Part shown: positions 37,789 to 48,534 of the stretch, in pieces
Numbering within the stretch: position 1 is the stretch's first letter
Layout: the number at the start of each line of letters is the position of its first letter
DNA from: an uncultured bacterium
Lineage (GTDB): Bacteria > Patescibacteriota > Doudnabacteria > UBA920
Length of the DNA: 64,000 nucleotides
Assembly (NCBI GenBank): GCA_963749445.1
Contig: CAVVMJ010000007.1
Span: forward strand, 9,971-73,970
Reading direction: 5' to 3'
Notes under the pieces: model-generated
Databases searched by the model: none
Told to the model about the DNA's origin: nothing
What the model saw: only the letters and a program-made list of their open reading frames with translations
Translations under genes and position numbers: made by a program

Positions 37789-37950
37789 CGGTTCCAATTC
37801 TGGAATTTCAAACCATTCTGGCTTATCCCTGTAAATTCTCCTCAATTTCTGTATACTTTTATCAATAACCGCGAAGTTTAGGCGTTTTACCGGTTCAAAG
37901 TTCCGGCAATCGTCTCCGCCAGAAAAAAATCCCGTGTTTCGGAATTTTTT

Positions 37951-38718
37951 TTATATCAGGTGACTGCAAAAAGTTAGACGATGGATATCACTCAACCCGT
38001 GCCTAATAATCATTGTTCGATGAAACAACGTGCCGTAGCCTTTATGCTGGGCGAAGTTATAGATTGGATATTGCTGATGATATTTTTTCATCAAGTCATC
38101 GCGGAAAACTTTGGCCACAATGGACGCGGCGGCAACTGATAAAATTTTGTTGTCGCCGCCGACCACGGCTTCCTGGGCAAGGTTGACGCCGGGGATGGTG
38201 AACTTGCCGTCGATAAACAAAAATAGGCCGCCACCCCGACCGACGAGTGCATCCGAGGAGTGGAGGGGTCTGTTTATCTGTGTCTTTGACAGATTCCTCG
38301 ACTCGTCCGGCTGATGATGTTCCAATGCGGACTCGCTCGGAATGGAAGCTAATAAATTCTCTGCCGCCCTTTTCATCGCCAACAATGTTGCGTGGTGAAT
38401 GTTAACTCCATCAATAATTTTTTCATCCACCACCCCAATTCCCCACCAAGCGTGCTTTTTTATCGTAGACGATAATTCCTCGCGCTTCTTTGGTAATAAC
38501 AGCTTGCTATCCCTTATTCCCCGCTTCATATTCCATGTTTCAGGCTTCAAGATTACTGCCGCCGCTACTACCGGTCCGGCCAAACTTCCCCTGCCCACTT
38601 CATCGCAGCCGATAACGTAAGTATAGCCTTGTCTAAATTTTTGATTTTCGTATTTTGGAGACATAAAAAATGTGTCCATCCCGGCCGAGTGCAGCCGAGA
38701 GCCGGGATCCAGAATCAA
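37951..38718 (-). CDS. rnhB: ribonuclease HII, with a palindrome-bearing internal insertion
   Basis: YVIGCDEVGRGSLAGPVVAAAVIL active-site motif. 38250-38340 is a palindromic segment related to 57905-58030. Confidence 0.75.
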   Translation of the reverse strand: MILDPGSRLHSAGMDTFFMSPKYENQKFRQGYTYVIGCDEVGRGSLAGPVVAAAVILKPETWNMKRGIRDSKLLLPKKREELSSTIKKHAWWGIGVVDEKIIDGVNIHHATLLAMKRAAENLLASIPSESALEHHQPDESRNLSKTQINRPLHSSDALVGRGGGLFLFIDGKFTIPGVNLAQEAVVGGDNKILSVAAASIVAKVFRDDLMKKYHQQYPIYNFAQHKGYGTLFHRTMIIRHGLSDIHRLTFCSHLI

Positions 38719-38890
38719 GCTTTATACTGGATCCTGGATATTTTTCACAGCCCTAAAAAATTCCAGGATGACTGCAATAAAGCATCGGCAGCTATCCGCA
38801 TATCCGGATCGGTTTTACATCAAACTCACCACGTGGAAAAAGGTTCCACCGTCTTTTTGGCTTATCTGCAACCCCGTGGCTGATGAAACA

Positions 38891-40091
38891 CTATTGCAAT
38901 TTCGCTGATCCGAATTTTTTTGAATTTAGGTGTTTGAGCACGTTTGATTCAAAAGTAAACGTCACGCTACGTTTTTGCTGATACCTTGCCTCGGCGAAAG
39001 CTATCAATTTTTGCAGCAACTGGCCAAATTCCACTCCGCTGGCTTTCCATAAATGATGATACAGCGTGCCGGGCAAAGGATTAACCTCATTGGCAAAAAA
39101 TTTATTGGATGATTTGTCCAGCAAAAAATCCACGCGCGCGATGCCGCAGCAGCCAAGCGCGCGGTACACCTCTTTGGCTGTATTTTGAATCGCCGATGTT
39201 ACGCCCGCATCCAGCCGCGCCGGAATTATCACCCCGCCCTGCGATTTGCCCAATTGCGCGCCCCCGCCTTTTAAGTATTTTTCCTCAAAATCAAACAAAT
39301 CGGAAGCAAACGTCGATTCCTGCAAAGCTGATGCCGTCAAGTCGTCGTTACCGATAATACAACACGTCACATCCATCACATTTTCCACGCCCTCTTCCAC
39401 CAGAACCTTGTTATCATAATGCAGGGCCACCTCAACCCGGAATTCCAAATCTTTCAAGTCCTGATTTTTGACTTTGGCGATGCCAATGGACGAACCCAAA
39501 TGCACCGGCTTTACAAACAGAGGGTATTTTAATTCACTAATTCTCTTATTCACTAATTCTTTATTTCTCTCCCATTCGTTTTTAGTAAAATAAACAAATT
39601 TTGTGGTCGGGATGCCCGCCTGCCGCATCACGATTTTCGTCAGCGCCTTGTCCATGGAAACGGCGGACGACGGCACATCGCAGCCCACGTAAGGGATGCC
39701 GAACATTTCAAACAAACCCCTGGATGGTGCCGTCTTCGCCGTAAGAGCCGTGCAGCGCGGGAAACGCCAGGTCGATGGTTATTGATTTTCCCATCAGCCC
39801 TTTCTTTCTGAATACCATTTTTCCGATTGATTCTTCAAGATCCAAATAATACCGCGCGTAGGCCGGCTTGCCCTCCGTAGCTTTAGCGAAGGAGGGGTCC
39901 GTAAATAACTTCATATTGCCCAAATCCTCGCCGAGCATCCACTTACCCTGCTTGGTAATGTAAACCGGCGTCACTTGATAGCCCAAACCTTTTAGCCCGG
40001 CGATAATCAGCTGGCCGGTAATAATGGACACGTCATGCTCCGGCGATCCACTTCCAAAAAACACCCCGATATTTTTGTTCAATTTTGTCAT
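38891..40091 (-). CDS. ddl: D-alanine--D-alanine ligase, split by an apparent extra T near 39712
   Basis: The N-terminal ORF ends ...HGSYGEDGTIQGFV*. The shifted frame gives IQGLFEMFGIPYVGCDV, continuing the ATP-grasp domain. Confidence 0.75.
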
Positions 40092-40109
40092 TTATGTCAA
40101 TTTTGTCAA

Positions 40110-41571
40110 TTATAAATACTGGTCTCCCCAGTCATTCTGGAACACCACCACGTCGCCAGGCTGCACGATGTTTTTTAACGACTCATGCATGTCCAGCGCC
40201 GTGTCAAACCAGACGATTTGTGGTTTGTCTCCACCCTTAGCCCTTAGCCCTATACCCTCTGCAATCCACGGCGTCGCGCTGTCCCTAATCAGTATAACCA
40301 CATCGGCCACCGCTGCCAACTGCCGGCCGATTTGCCGGTGGACTTCGGCCGTAGCGGCGCCGATTTCCACCAGACCGGGCGTAATGTAGATTTTGCGCCG
40401 GCCATTAAAGCGCGACAAAACACTTACGGCCTCGGCCGCGCCGGCCGGGTTACCGTTATAACTGTCGTCAATCACCAAAACCCCGCTGGCCGAAATTATG
40501 GGCTTCAGCCGGTGCTCCACGGCCCGGACCTGCGACAGCCCAACCTTAATGTCCACAACGCTCAACCCCAAATGTTCGCCCACGGCCATCGCCGCCACGG
40601 CCGCGCCAATGCTGTATTCGCCGAGCAAAGCCAAGGAAAACGCGCCGTGATTTTTGACATTAAAACTCCAGGCCAGCTGACTTTGGTCAAATTTTTGGTC
40701 ACTGACAAAATAATCGGTCCGACCGCCTTCGCGGCCGGAATAAAAACGCACTTCCCGGCCACCGGTATAGTCCTTAAAATGGCTCACCACCCGCTCGTCG
40801 TCGCCGTTCATAATCACCAACGCTTCCGGCTTGGCGAATTCCGCGGCTTCAAAAATCGTGGCGATGATGTTACCCAAACTGCCCATGCGCTCCAAATGCG
40901 CTTCGTTAATGCCCGTGATTATGGAAATATCCGGCCGCGCGATGTCGCACAACTCTTTAATGTCGCCGCGGTAATGCTCGCCCAGTTCCAAAATTAATAT
41001 TTTCGTGTCATCGCCGACTTTATTCAAAATAAACCGCGCAATACCCACCGGCGTATTCACGCTCTCCGGTGGGCTAAGAACTGCGTACTGTGTACTGAGC
41101 ACTGATCGCAGCACTTCACTTCACCGTAGTCTTGCCATAGCTGCCGGCTATGCCGATAATCTTTAAATCTTTCAATCTTTCAATCTTCAATCTCGCCTGT
41201 TTGGCCAATTTATTTTTGGCGTAACCGTCCAGCGGCCGAATCAAAATCAGCGCAATGCTGTACCATAAAAAATAAAGCCAAAAACCGGCTATAAAACAAA
41301 CAATCACAAAAATTTGCGCCCCGTCAGTCCCGCCAAAAACCAAAAACGAGGCCGCTGCCGGAAAAATCGCAAACAGCAAATGCAAAGCAACGGCCATAAC
41401 CATCAAAGCTTTGGCCTTGGCCGTCCACACCAGCTCTTTTCGCTGCGGCTGGTGCTTGTCCGGAAAAAATCCCTTAATCTTAAGCAATTTCCAATACCTC
41501 CCCAGCTCATAATTTTCCAGTTGGAGCAGGTAAAGTTGATATTTGATGAATTTTGGGACAAATATGTCCAT
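40110..41571 (-). CDS. murF: UDP-N-acetylmuramoyl-tripeptide--D-alanyl-D-alanine ligase, split by an apparent single-base indel near 41112-41118
   Basis: The N-terminal ORF ends IGIAGSYGKTTVK*. The next ORF continues VLRSVLST... and carries the Mur ligase middle and C-terminal domains. Confidence 0.7.
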
Positions 41572-41617
41572 AAGTTACTGAGCATGGGCTAATTCGTGCG
41601 AATAAGCCTATGATGAG

Positions 41618-42398
41618 TCAGGTGATAAATTTTTTCAAAATCTCTGCAAACTCCTCCGGCTGGTCCAAAAAACTAAAATGCCCGGCGTTTTTTAGAATTG
41701 CGAATTGCGAATTGCGAATTAACGAATTCATTTTTTTGCCAAAACTGACAGGGGTGTCCGCGTCGTTTTCACCGCTGATAATTAAGGTTGGACATTTTAT
41801 ATTTTCCATATCGGACGATAAATCTTCGCCTGTGATGTTAACAAACGTTTTTTGCAGTTCCGGCGTAGCCAGGTAATCTTCCGCGTCGATTTTTTGGTAG
41901 ATTTTTTTCCTCAATCCTTGCATAAATGCCGACTTAAAAAACGGTTTTGCGATTTTTGCCGCGGACCGATAAAAATTTTTCTTGGGTGTGTCCATGGCAA
42001 ACCCCGCGCTGTCCACCAAAACCAATTTTCTGACAAGTTCCGGATGCGCAGATGACAATTTTATCCCAACCCTTCCCCCAAACGAATGACCGATAACAAT
42101 TACGTCAGTCAAATCCAATTTTTTTATAAACTCCGCCACCACTTCCGCATAATCCCCCACCGTCATCGGCAACTTCAGGAGCCTGTGATCCGCCAAACCC
42201 GGGTAAATCTATAGCAAACAATTGACGATTGACGATTGACGATTGACTCATCACGTTCGCCCAAACTTCCTTGCTGCTCCGCCATCCGTGCAAAAACAGC
42301 AGAGTCCCCGCGCCCTGGCTTTTATCCTCGCTGTAGCTGATTAACAAATCCTTGATGATTATCTGCTTATCCATATCTATATAATACCATTGCTTCAT
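41618..42398 (-). CDS. alpha/beta hydrolase, split by an apparent frameshift within 42105-42200. It also carries two in-frame 7-bp x3 tandem repeats
   Basis: N-terminal part LLFLHGWRSS...AIDLPGFGGSQAPE, C-terminal part MTVGDYAEVVAEFIKKLDLTDVIVIGHSFGG. (GACGATT)x3 at 42222-42242 and (GAATTGC)x3 at 41696-41716. Confidence 0.65.
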
Positions 42399-42435
42399 CT
42401 AAGATAAAACCCCCAATAACTTGGAGGTTTTATCA

Positions 42436-42509
42436 TGGTCGGGATGCTGGGAATCGAACCCAGTCTCCACGCACCCGAAGCGTGTGTACTACCGGTATAC
42501 TACATCCCG
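42436..42509 (-). tRNA. tRNA-Pro (anticodon CGG)
   Basis: Cloverleaf folded by hand. Acceptor CGGGATG/CATCCCG, loop TTCGGGT, T-loop TTCGATT, CCA. Confidence 0.7.
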
Positions 42510-42632
42510 ATATCTTGTTTATTGTTCCGGACAAAAATAACCCTTATTAGGGTTCAATTATTAGCGGTTTGGTCAAAGCCCGTTAGGGCGCAGACCGCGA
42601 GCGAGTCCCGATATCAATCGGGATGAGTGAAG

Positions 42633-42706
42633 TGGTGGACCTGGGGGGAATCGAACCCCCGACTGAACTATGCCATAGTCCCGTATTACCATTATACTAC
42701 AGGCCC
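42633..42706 (-). tRNA. tRNA-Ala (anticodon GGC)
   Basis: Acceptor GGGCCTG with G3-U70, anticodon loop ATGGCAT, T-arm GGGGG-TTCGATT-CCCCC, CCA. Confidence 0.7.
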
Positions 42707-42882
42707 TTATGAAAATAACGATGAACAATTAACCATTCACGATTAACCATTTATGTTCGGGTTAATTGTCAATCGTAAATTGTTAATTGTATTTGGGTAT
42801 TTTACTGGTTTTGATTGATTTCGGCAAGAGCCAATCCCCTATTGCGTCACATTGACCTTATATTGCTGGCCGTTGGGCAAAG

Positions 42883-43197
42883 TTACGGTTGTCGCTCCCC
42901 GCCGGCCGGCTGACTGGGGTTGGAAGATTTTTGATCTGTGGGAATTAACTTTTTTGCCGAATCCACGAGGTCGGTAAAATTTTTCACCTGGGCCTCAAAC
43001 GCCGGCAACAAGCCTGTCCTTTGCAAAATCCAACCAAGGATGACAACCACAATTGCCAGCCCGGCAACATACCCCAAAGCGCTGAACACACCGTTAAAAA
43101 ACGACCTCCAAATGCCGGTTTTACCGCTTTTTTTGTTGATTTGATTTAAATTTTCGGTGATAGAATCCAGCTGGATTTTAAGCTCCGGGTCGATCAT
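42883..43197 (-). CDS. hypothetical small membrane protein
   Basis: 104 aa with one central TM helix. Confidence 0.35.
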   Translation of the reverse strand: MIDPELKIQLDSITENLNQINKKSGKTGIWRSFFNGVFSALGYVAGLAIVVVILGWILQRTGLLPAFEAQVKNFTDLVDSAKKLIPTDQKSSNPSQPAGGERQP

Positions 43198-43326
43198 TCA
43201 CCCGCCTAAATTTTGCCCAAACTGCTTGGGCAAACTTAATTTATAAAAAAATTAAACAAAAGGCTAACTTTTTCAAATCCCCGGCAAAATTTTGGCGGGT
43301 AAATTTATTATATCATAGATAACTTT

Positions 43327-43402
43327 TGGTCTCCTCGGCAGGAATCGAACCTACATCGTCTCGTTAGGAGTGAGATGCTCTATCCATTGAGCTACGAGGA
43401 GA
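43327..43402 (-). tRNA. tRNA-Arg (anticodon CCT)
   Basis: Acceptor CTCCTCG/CGAGGAG, D-arm GCTC-AATGGATA-GAGC, loop CTCCTAA, TTCGATT T-loop, CCA. Confidence 0.7.
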
Positions 43403-43437
43403 TACAAAATTCAAATTGCAAAACTTAAAACAAGCTG

Positions 43438-43560
43438 AAATTGCGAGCCCCGATGCAGAGGGGCGCGGCAATCCCATAAAATTGACGGGATTGCTTCGCC
43501 CGCCTTCGCTGAAGCTTCGGCGGATAAATCGGATGCACTCCTCGCAATTTCTGATGGAAA
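43438..43560. repeat. palindromic repeat element, copy C (inverted orientation)
   Basis: GAAATTGCGAGCCCCGATGCAGAGGGGCGCGGCAATCCC-loop-GGGATTGCTTCGCC...CTCGCAATTTC. Confidence 0.65.
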
Positions 43561-43724
43561 GAAAGGCTTAAAAGCCCCAAAATTATAACATAGATGGAGA
43601 ATTTGTGCTAAAATGGCCTTATAAAAGCAAAAATGGCACTCCAATGGCCATTATATATATTATAGCATAATTATAAACTATTGTCAATAGATTAAACAAC
43701 AAACCTTTCTTTCTGTCAAATATT

Positions 43725-45068
43725 TTGTTACATATGGAACACTTTTTTAAAAAATCGGTAAATCCTCTTAACATAGCGACAATTTTCCTATTTTTGTTTA
43801 TTTTAAGCTTATTTTTTCCTATAAGATATGTTTTCCCTAGTAATTTTAGCTTAATTACAGGCATTTATTCGGACTTTACCAGCTTTTCTTTATATTTAAG
43901 CGACATTTTCTTAGTATTTACCTTTATTTTTGTTTTAATTGATTCAGCAAAACTTTGGATTTTCCACGTGAAAAAGCTAAAATGGCTCGTTCTTTGGCTA
44001 ATTTTGGCTTTTATCGTTAGTTTTAATGCAAACCACAAGGAAACCATATATTATCTACTTAAATTCCTGGAATTGGTTGTTGCATATGGAACGATTGCCA
44101 CGATCTTATCAAAAAAACCCATAAAAACGGCGCTGTTAACCTTTTTTGTTTGTTTGTCAGCCTTTCAAAGCTTGATAGCACTGTTGCAATTCTATCTCCA
44201 GCACCCAATTGGGTTGTTCAAGCTGGGAGAGCAACAAGTTTACCCCTGGCAACAGGGGATTGCCAAAATCATCCTAAACGGCCAAGCCTATGTCCGGGGT
44301 TACGGGACCTTTTTTCACCCCAACCCCTTGGCCGCTTTTTTGCTGGCCGGAATTTTCTTTAATCTTTATTTGTTTGCGATAGCAAAAAAACGCTTTGCCC
44401 AAATCCTCCTAAGTTTGACACTTTTGATCAATATTTTGGGGATGGCTGTCACATTTTCCCGCGCCGCTTTTTTGGCTTTGGCAGTCGGCCTGGTAATTTA
44501 TTTTGGGTTCCTAATGATGAAAAAAATTGAATTGAAAAAAACTTACCAGTCCCTGGGTTTGGTAATTTTAGGATTGCTGATTGCGCTGTTTTGTTTTAAA
44601 TCTTTTCTTTTGACCCGGGCGACTGTCACCGATTCAGCGTCGCTCGATAGAATTACCTACGACAAAATCGGTTTGCGGATAATTGTCAGCCACCCGCTAT
44701 TCGGCGTCGGGCTAGGGGAGAGCGTGCCGCTGATGAATCAGTATTCCCCGATAAAGCTCCTGCCCTGGGACATCCAGCCCATCCACAACTACTTCCTCCT
44801 CGCCGCCGCGGAACTCGGCATCCCCGGCGCCCTGATTTTAATTTGGATATTTTTGTCTCATTTAATAAAAATCACCAAACACGAGCTGGCTACTAACTAC
44901 TTACTACTAACTACTAGCCTGGTTTGCATCCTAATCCTGATGATGTTTGATCATTATTTTTATACCCTGCAACAAACCCAAATGCTCCTGTGGCTAATTT
45001 TAGGCTTAATTGCGGCGGAAATTTTTCCTAACAAATATGACCAAAGCCCAAAAAGTCAATCTGATTGA
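43725..45068 (+). CDS. O-antigen ligase/polymerase family membrane protein
   Basis: About 11 TM helices. YGTFFHPNPLAAFL and TFSRAAFLALAVG motifs typical of the Wzy_C domain. Confidence 0.55.
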   Translation: MLHMEHFFKKSVNPLNIATIFLFLFILSLFFPIRYVFPSNFSLITGIYSDFTSFSLYLSDIFLVFTFIFVLIDSAKLWIFHVKKLKWLVLWLILAFIVSFNANHKETIYYLLKFLELVVAYGTIATILSKKPIKTALLTFFVCLSAFQSLIALLQFYLQHPIGLFKLGEQQVYPWQQGIAKIILNGQAYVRGYGTFFHPNPLAAFLLAGIFFNLYLFAIAKKRFAQILLSLTLLINILGMAVTFSRAAFLALAVGLVIYFGFLMMKKIELKKTYQSLGLVILGLLIALFCFKSFLLTRATVTDSASLDRITYDKIGLRIIVSHPLFGVGLGESVPLMNQYSPIKLLPWDIQPIHNYFLLAAAELGIPGALILIWIFLSHLIKITKHELATNYLLLTTSLVCILILMMFDHYFYTLQQTQMLLWLILGLIAAEIFPNKYDQSPKSQSD

Positions 45069-45435
45069 AGGAACAATTTTTATTGCCCTGATGGCTTACG
45101 GATACTACCGCCATCCGGTTTTAGATTTTTGGACAATTGCCGGCGGCGTGCTGTTCATAGTTGGAGCAATATTGGGCGTGACGGCTCGCCACGAGTTGGC
45201 GGAGTGTTTTTCGGGCACGCCAAAAGCCAAGAGAATCGTCCATTCCGGAATTTATGCCAAAATCCGCCACCCGATTTATATCGGAGGATTATTAATTTGC
45301 GTTAGCTTATGCCTGCTGTACCGGAATTTGATTTTTTATTCCGTTTTATTAATTATCTTTGTTATCCAAAGTATTCGAGCCAGAGCAGAAGAAAAACTTT
45401 TGCTCAAAACCTTTGGACAAGAATATATAAATTAG
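45037..45435 (+). CDS. isoprenylcysteine carboxyl methyltransferase (ICMT/PEMT) family protein
   Basis: IVHSGIYAKIRHPIYIGGLL motif. The stop TAG at 45433-45435 abuts the IS. Confidence 0.55.
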   Translation: MTKAQKVNLIEGTIFIALMAYGYYRHPVLDFWTIAGGVLFIVGAILGVTARHELAECFSGTPKAKRIVHSGIYAKIRHPIYIGGLLICVSLCLLYRNLIFYSVLLIIFVIQSIRARAEEKLLLKTFGQEYIN

Positions 45436-46462
45436 GCTTAATGGTAAATATTAGTGCTTAGATTTCGGCGTTTGTGCCATACTTAAGATAAATAATTAAC
45501 TTTGATTATGTATGGCTTGTAAAAAAAGTGCCCAAGATGCCGTTCTTCGGCAATTATTAAGAAAGGGAAACAGTTAGGGCTCCAGCGTTACCAGTGCAAG
45601 AATTGCGGAAAGAATTTTGAGAATAAACGGCGTAAACAGAAACTTCAACGCGCCCTCTGGCGGCAATACATCTGGGGCAAACAAACAGTTAAGCAGCTGG
45701 TTAAAAAATATCAGCGGAGTGAAAAGTGGATTCGGCAGCAGCTGGATAAAGCTCCTACAAAGTCATTTCGCCTTTATCCGCAACCTGTAGTTGCCATCGC
45801 TGATTGCACATTCTGGGGTCGGGGTTACGGGGTGTTGGTTTTTAGATCCTTTGACCTTAAACAGAACCTGTACTGGACGGAGGTTAAAACTGAAACGGCT
45901 GATGTGTATCGGGAAGCCAGACAACTGCTGGAAGAATTGGGCTACACCTTTGAAGCAGTGGTCTTAGACGGTAAAAAGGGCGTCAGAGAAGTGTTTTCCG
46001 ACATTCCGGTACAAGTCTGCCAGTTCCACCAAATGGCCATCGTTACCAGGTATTTGACCAAACGGCCGAAGCTGGAAGCGGGAAAAGAACTGCGGATGAT
46101 TGCCTTGGCTTTAACTGAATTAACTGAAAACATGTTGCTGTTGTTGCTGGATGCCTGGCATGAAAAATGGGGAGACTTTTTAAAAGAACGAACCGTTAAT
46201 CCCTTTAATCCTAAAAAGTGGTTTTACACCCACAAGCGAATTAGGTCTGCTTATCGGAGTTTGAAAACCAACGCGCCTTACCTGTTTACTTACCAACGAT
46301 ATACCGGTTTAAATATTCCCAATACTACGAATTCTTTAGACGGCAGTTTTAAATATCTTAAACAACTGATTGGCATCCATAGCGGTCTGAAACGCGACAG
46401 GCGCTGGCGGTTAATCGAGGAAGTTTTAGCCGGTTTCAAGCACTAGAATTTACCATTAAACC
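45435..46462 (+). mobile_element. insertion sequence, IS1/IS1595-like, complete, flanked by an 8-bp target duplication ATAAATTA
   Basis: Imperfect 28-bp terminal IRs (left GGCTTAATGGTAAATATTAGTGCTTAGA, right reverse complement GGTTTAATGGTAAATTCTAGTGCTTGAA). The same 8-mer lies at 45427-45434 and 46463-46470. Confidence 0.7.
45512..46446 (+). CDS. IS1/IS1595-type transposase (N-terminal Zn ribbon plus DDE domain). The start is separated from the body by a frameshift in the A7 run 45521-45527
   Basis: CPRCRSSAIIKKGKQLGLQRYQCKNCGKNF zinc ribbon, HTH, then a DDE-like C-terminus ending NTTNSLDGSFKYLKQLIGIHSGLKRDRRWRLIEEV. An A8 would fuse ATG 45512 to the ORF. Confidence 0.65.
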
Positions 46463-46576
46463 ATAAATTACAAAAAATCCACTTGGTTTTAAAAACCCCT
46501 CTTTACCAAAAAGGGGATTAAATGGGTTATCTGCGGTTATCCGTATATCCGTATCCTATCCGTACTCCGTAGACGT

Positions 46577-47047
46577 TTACTTGTGATACTCCCGACCAGC
46601 TAAAATCATGCACGCGCGATATACCTGCTCTTCCAAAAGCACCCGAGCGAAGTTGTGGGTAAAAGTGAGAGGGGAGAGCGACACCGAATAATTGCTGTAC
46701 TGCTTTAGCGACTCGTGCAGACCCAAACCGCTGCCGATGACAAATACCAGCTCCTTGCCCAAACCGCCGGTACGCTGTAAAAACGCGGCAAAATCTTTGG
46801 AATTGCGGAGAGTGCCTTTTTCTTCCAGCAAAATAACCATCGCGCCGGCCGGCAGCTGCTTGGCGATCATCGCGGCTTCTTTTTCTTTTATCTGATTGAT
46901 ATCATCCTTGGCGCGATAAGAAACTTCCGGCAATTCCACCACCTTGATTTTGGCAAACTGATGAAGGCGTTTTAAATATTCCTTTTCCAAATCCAAAAAC
47001 GCCTTCTCCTTAAATTTTCCCAGCGCGATAATCTTTATTTTAAACAT
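46577..47047 (-). CDS. rlmH: 23S rRNA (pseudouridine1915-N3)-methyltransferase RlmH (SPOUT)
   Basis: 156 aa. The MKIKIIALGK start and ...VFVIGSGLGLHESL... are typical of YbeA/RlmH. Confidence 0.7.
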   Translation of the reverse strand: MFKIKIIALGKFKEKAFLDLEKEYLKRLHQFAKIKVVELPEVSYRAKDDINQIKEKEAAMIAKQLPAGAMVILLEEKGTLRNSKDFAAFLQRTGGLGKELVFVIGSGLGLHESLKQYSNYSVSLSPLTFTHNFARVLLEEQVYRACMILAGREYHK

Positions 47048-47100
47048 AGCTTTACTACTTTACCATATCCAGATAAAATACAATAGATACCTCTAAAACG

Positions 47101-47730
47101 ATGGAAATAAAAACAAAATCTGGATTTACCTTAATAGAATTATTGGTGGTCATAGCAATTATCGGCCTGCTGGCATCGGTGGTGTTGGTGGCGTTAAATA
47201 ATGCCAGAAACAAGGCAAAATCGGCACTAGCCTTGACTAATCAAAGACAACTGCAAAAAGCAGTGGAAATGTACAATCTTGATGTGGGCTTTTACCCGCC
47301 AGACGTAAACAGAGGATGGGATCCGGGTATTGCCAAGCCTCTTCCTTCAAATAAGGATCTGGGATTTGATTGTAATATTGACGCAACTGCCTGCACCTGC
47401 CCCAGCACTGATTTTCCCCCATGCTCCATCACACCATTTCCTTTACCGGCAGACTGGATGAATCAAGTAAAAAATAACTGGAAAGGTCCTTATGTGGCTG
47501 TCTGGCCAAATACGGCACCCTGGGGGGGCAAGTATGACTTCAATAATTGGAATGTACCTACGGTACGATATGGCTGCACCGTGCCGGCCGGCATTTACAT
47601 AGGCACCCAAAGAAACTACGATGATAGTAATCCTATTCCCCAAGATCAGGAACAATGGTTTTTGGATCAAAAAATGGACGCGGATAATTGCCTAAACGGC
47701 GAGGTTCAACTTATGCTTATTAAATATTAG
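47101..47730 (+). CDS. prepilin-type N-terminal cleavage/methylation domain pilin (type IV pilin/pseudopilin)
   Basis: SGFTLIELLVVIAIIGLLASVVLVAL class III signal. Cys-containing C-terminal domain. Confidence 0.7.
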   Translation: MEIKTKSGFTLIELLVVIAIIGLLASVVLVALNNARNKAKSALALTNQRQLQKAVEMYNLDVGFYPPDVNRGWDPGIAKPLPSNKDLGFDCNIDATACTCPSTDFPPCSITPFPLPADWMNQVKNNWKGPYVAVWPNTAPWGGKYDFNNWNVPTVRYGCTVPAGIYIGTQRNYDDSNPIPQDQEQWFLDQKMDADNCLNGEVQLMLIKY

Positions 47731-47806
47731 CCGGATTTACCAGGTAGGCATAATCGGCTAAGATTATTCGGTAGAGACTGTATTAATTGTTAATTACTCC
47801 TGATAA

Positions 47807-47880
47807 GGGCCTGTAGTAAAGTGGTATTACGCGGCATTCGCATTGCCGAGGCGGGGGTTCGATTCCCCCCAGGTCCACCA
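47807..47880 (+). tRNA. tRNA-Ala (anticodon CGC)
   Basis: Acceptor GGGCCTG with G3-U70, anticodon stem CGGCA/TGCCG, loop TTCGCAT, T-arm GGGGG-TTCGATT-CCCCC, CCA. Confidence 0.75.
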
Positions 47881-47940
47881 AAGAAAAACGCTCAAAATTT
47901 TTTGAGCGTTTTTCTTTGTCTCAGACTGAGAGATTATATT

Positions 47941-48510
47941 TTAGATTTCTTTTTTCAGGCGTTTTGATACCAGCCATTTGGCAAAAAAGTAAAGGCCGAT
48001 AAATATTAACGGGATTACTTCCGCAAACCGGAGATAATTTTTAAATTGATGGTAAGAAGCGCTAAAAATAAATCCTAAACTGCCGATTATGGCCAGCCAA
48101 ATTACCCCAATGTAAGCGGAGTCTTTCATAAATTTTTTAAAAGGCAACCTTATCATACCGCTTCGAATAAGTAGGCCGTGATGCAGGCCGTAAATAAATT
48201 TGGATATCAGCAGAGTATGGAAAGGCCGCGCCAGCAAATGCCGGTCAAACGGCGCGGCGACTTTATTGGCCCATTTGGCCAGCCATTCCCGCTTGGATAA
48301 TTTCATCCCCAACCAGTAAAACCCCAACTGCTCGGCAAAAATCCCGAGCAATAAAACCAAAAGCCCCGGCGCGATGCCGATAATTTTATCGGCCATCAAA
48401 AAAACCGCAGCAAACACGGTCAGTGCGGCGTCAATGAACATCCCGCAAAATAGGGCAAAATAGATGTAATTTTGCAACTGGTGCGCCTGGATAAAATGGA
48501 CGATGTGCAT
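47941..48510 (-). CDS. DedA/TVP38-like membrane protein (start set at MHIVHF; the longer track ORF begins inside a repeat)
   Basis: Polytopic membrane protein. The first 41 codons of the track ORF (MRAPMQRGARQS...) are a translation of repeat copy D. Confidence 0.45.
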   Translation of the reverse strand: MHIVHFIQAHQLQNYIYFALFCGMFIDAALTVFAAVFLMADKIIGIAPGLLVLLLGIFAEQLGFYWLGMKLSKREWLAKWANKVAAPFDRHLLARPFHTLLISKFIYGLHHGLLIRSGMIRLPFKKFMKDSAYIGVIWLAIIGSLGFIFSASYHQFKNYLRFAEVIPLIFIGLYFFAKWLVSKRLKKEI

Positions 48511-48534
48511 AAATATTGATGGATCATCTAAGCA

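Noticed and set aside
10728-42398. Interpreting ddl, murF, the malic enzyme gene and other split genes as true pseudogenes
   Set aside because: Essential cell-wall genes are unlikely to be inactivated. The shifts cluster at homopolymers, so they are reported as probable sequence errors. The status of the doubly hit sugar-binding protein gene remains undetermined.
43411-43644. Track ORF 43411..43644 (minus) next to tRNA-Arg
   Set aside because: It is encoded entirely by repeat copy C in inverted orientation and has no start context.
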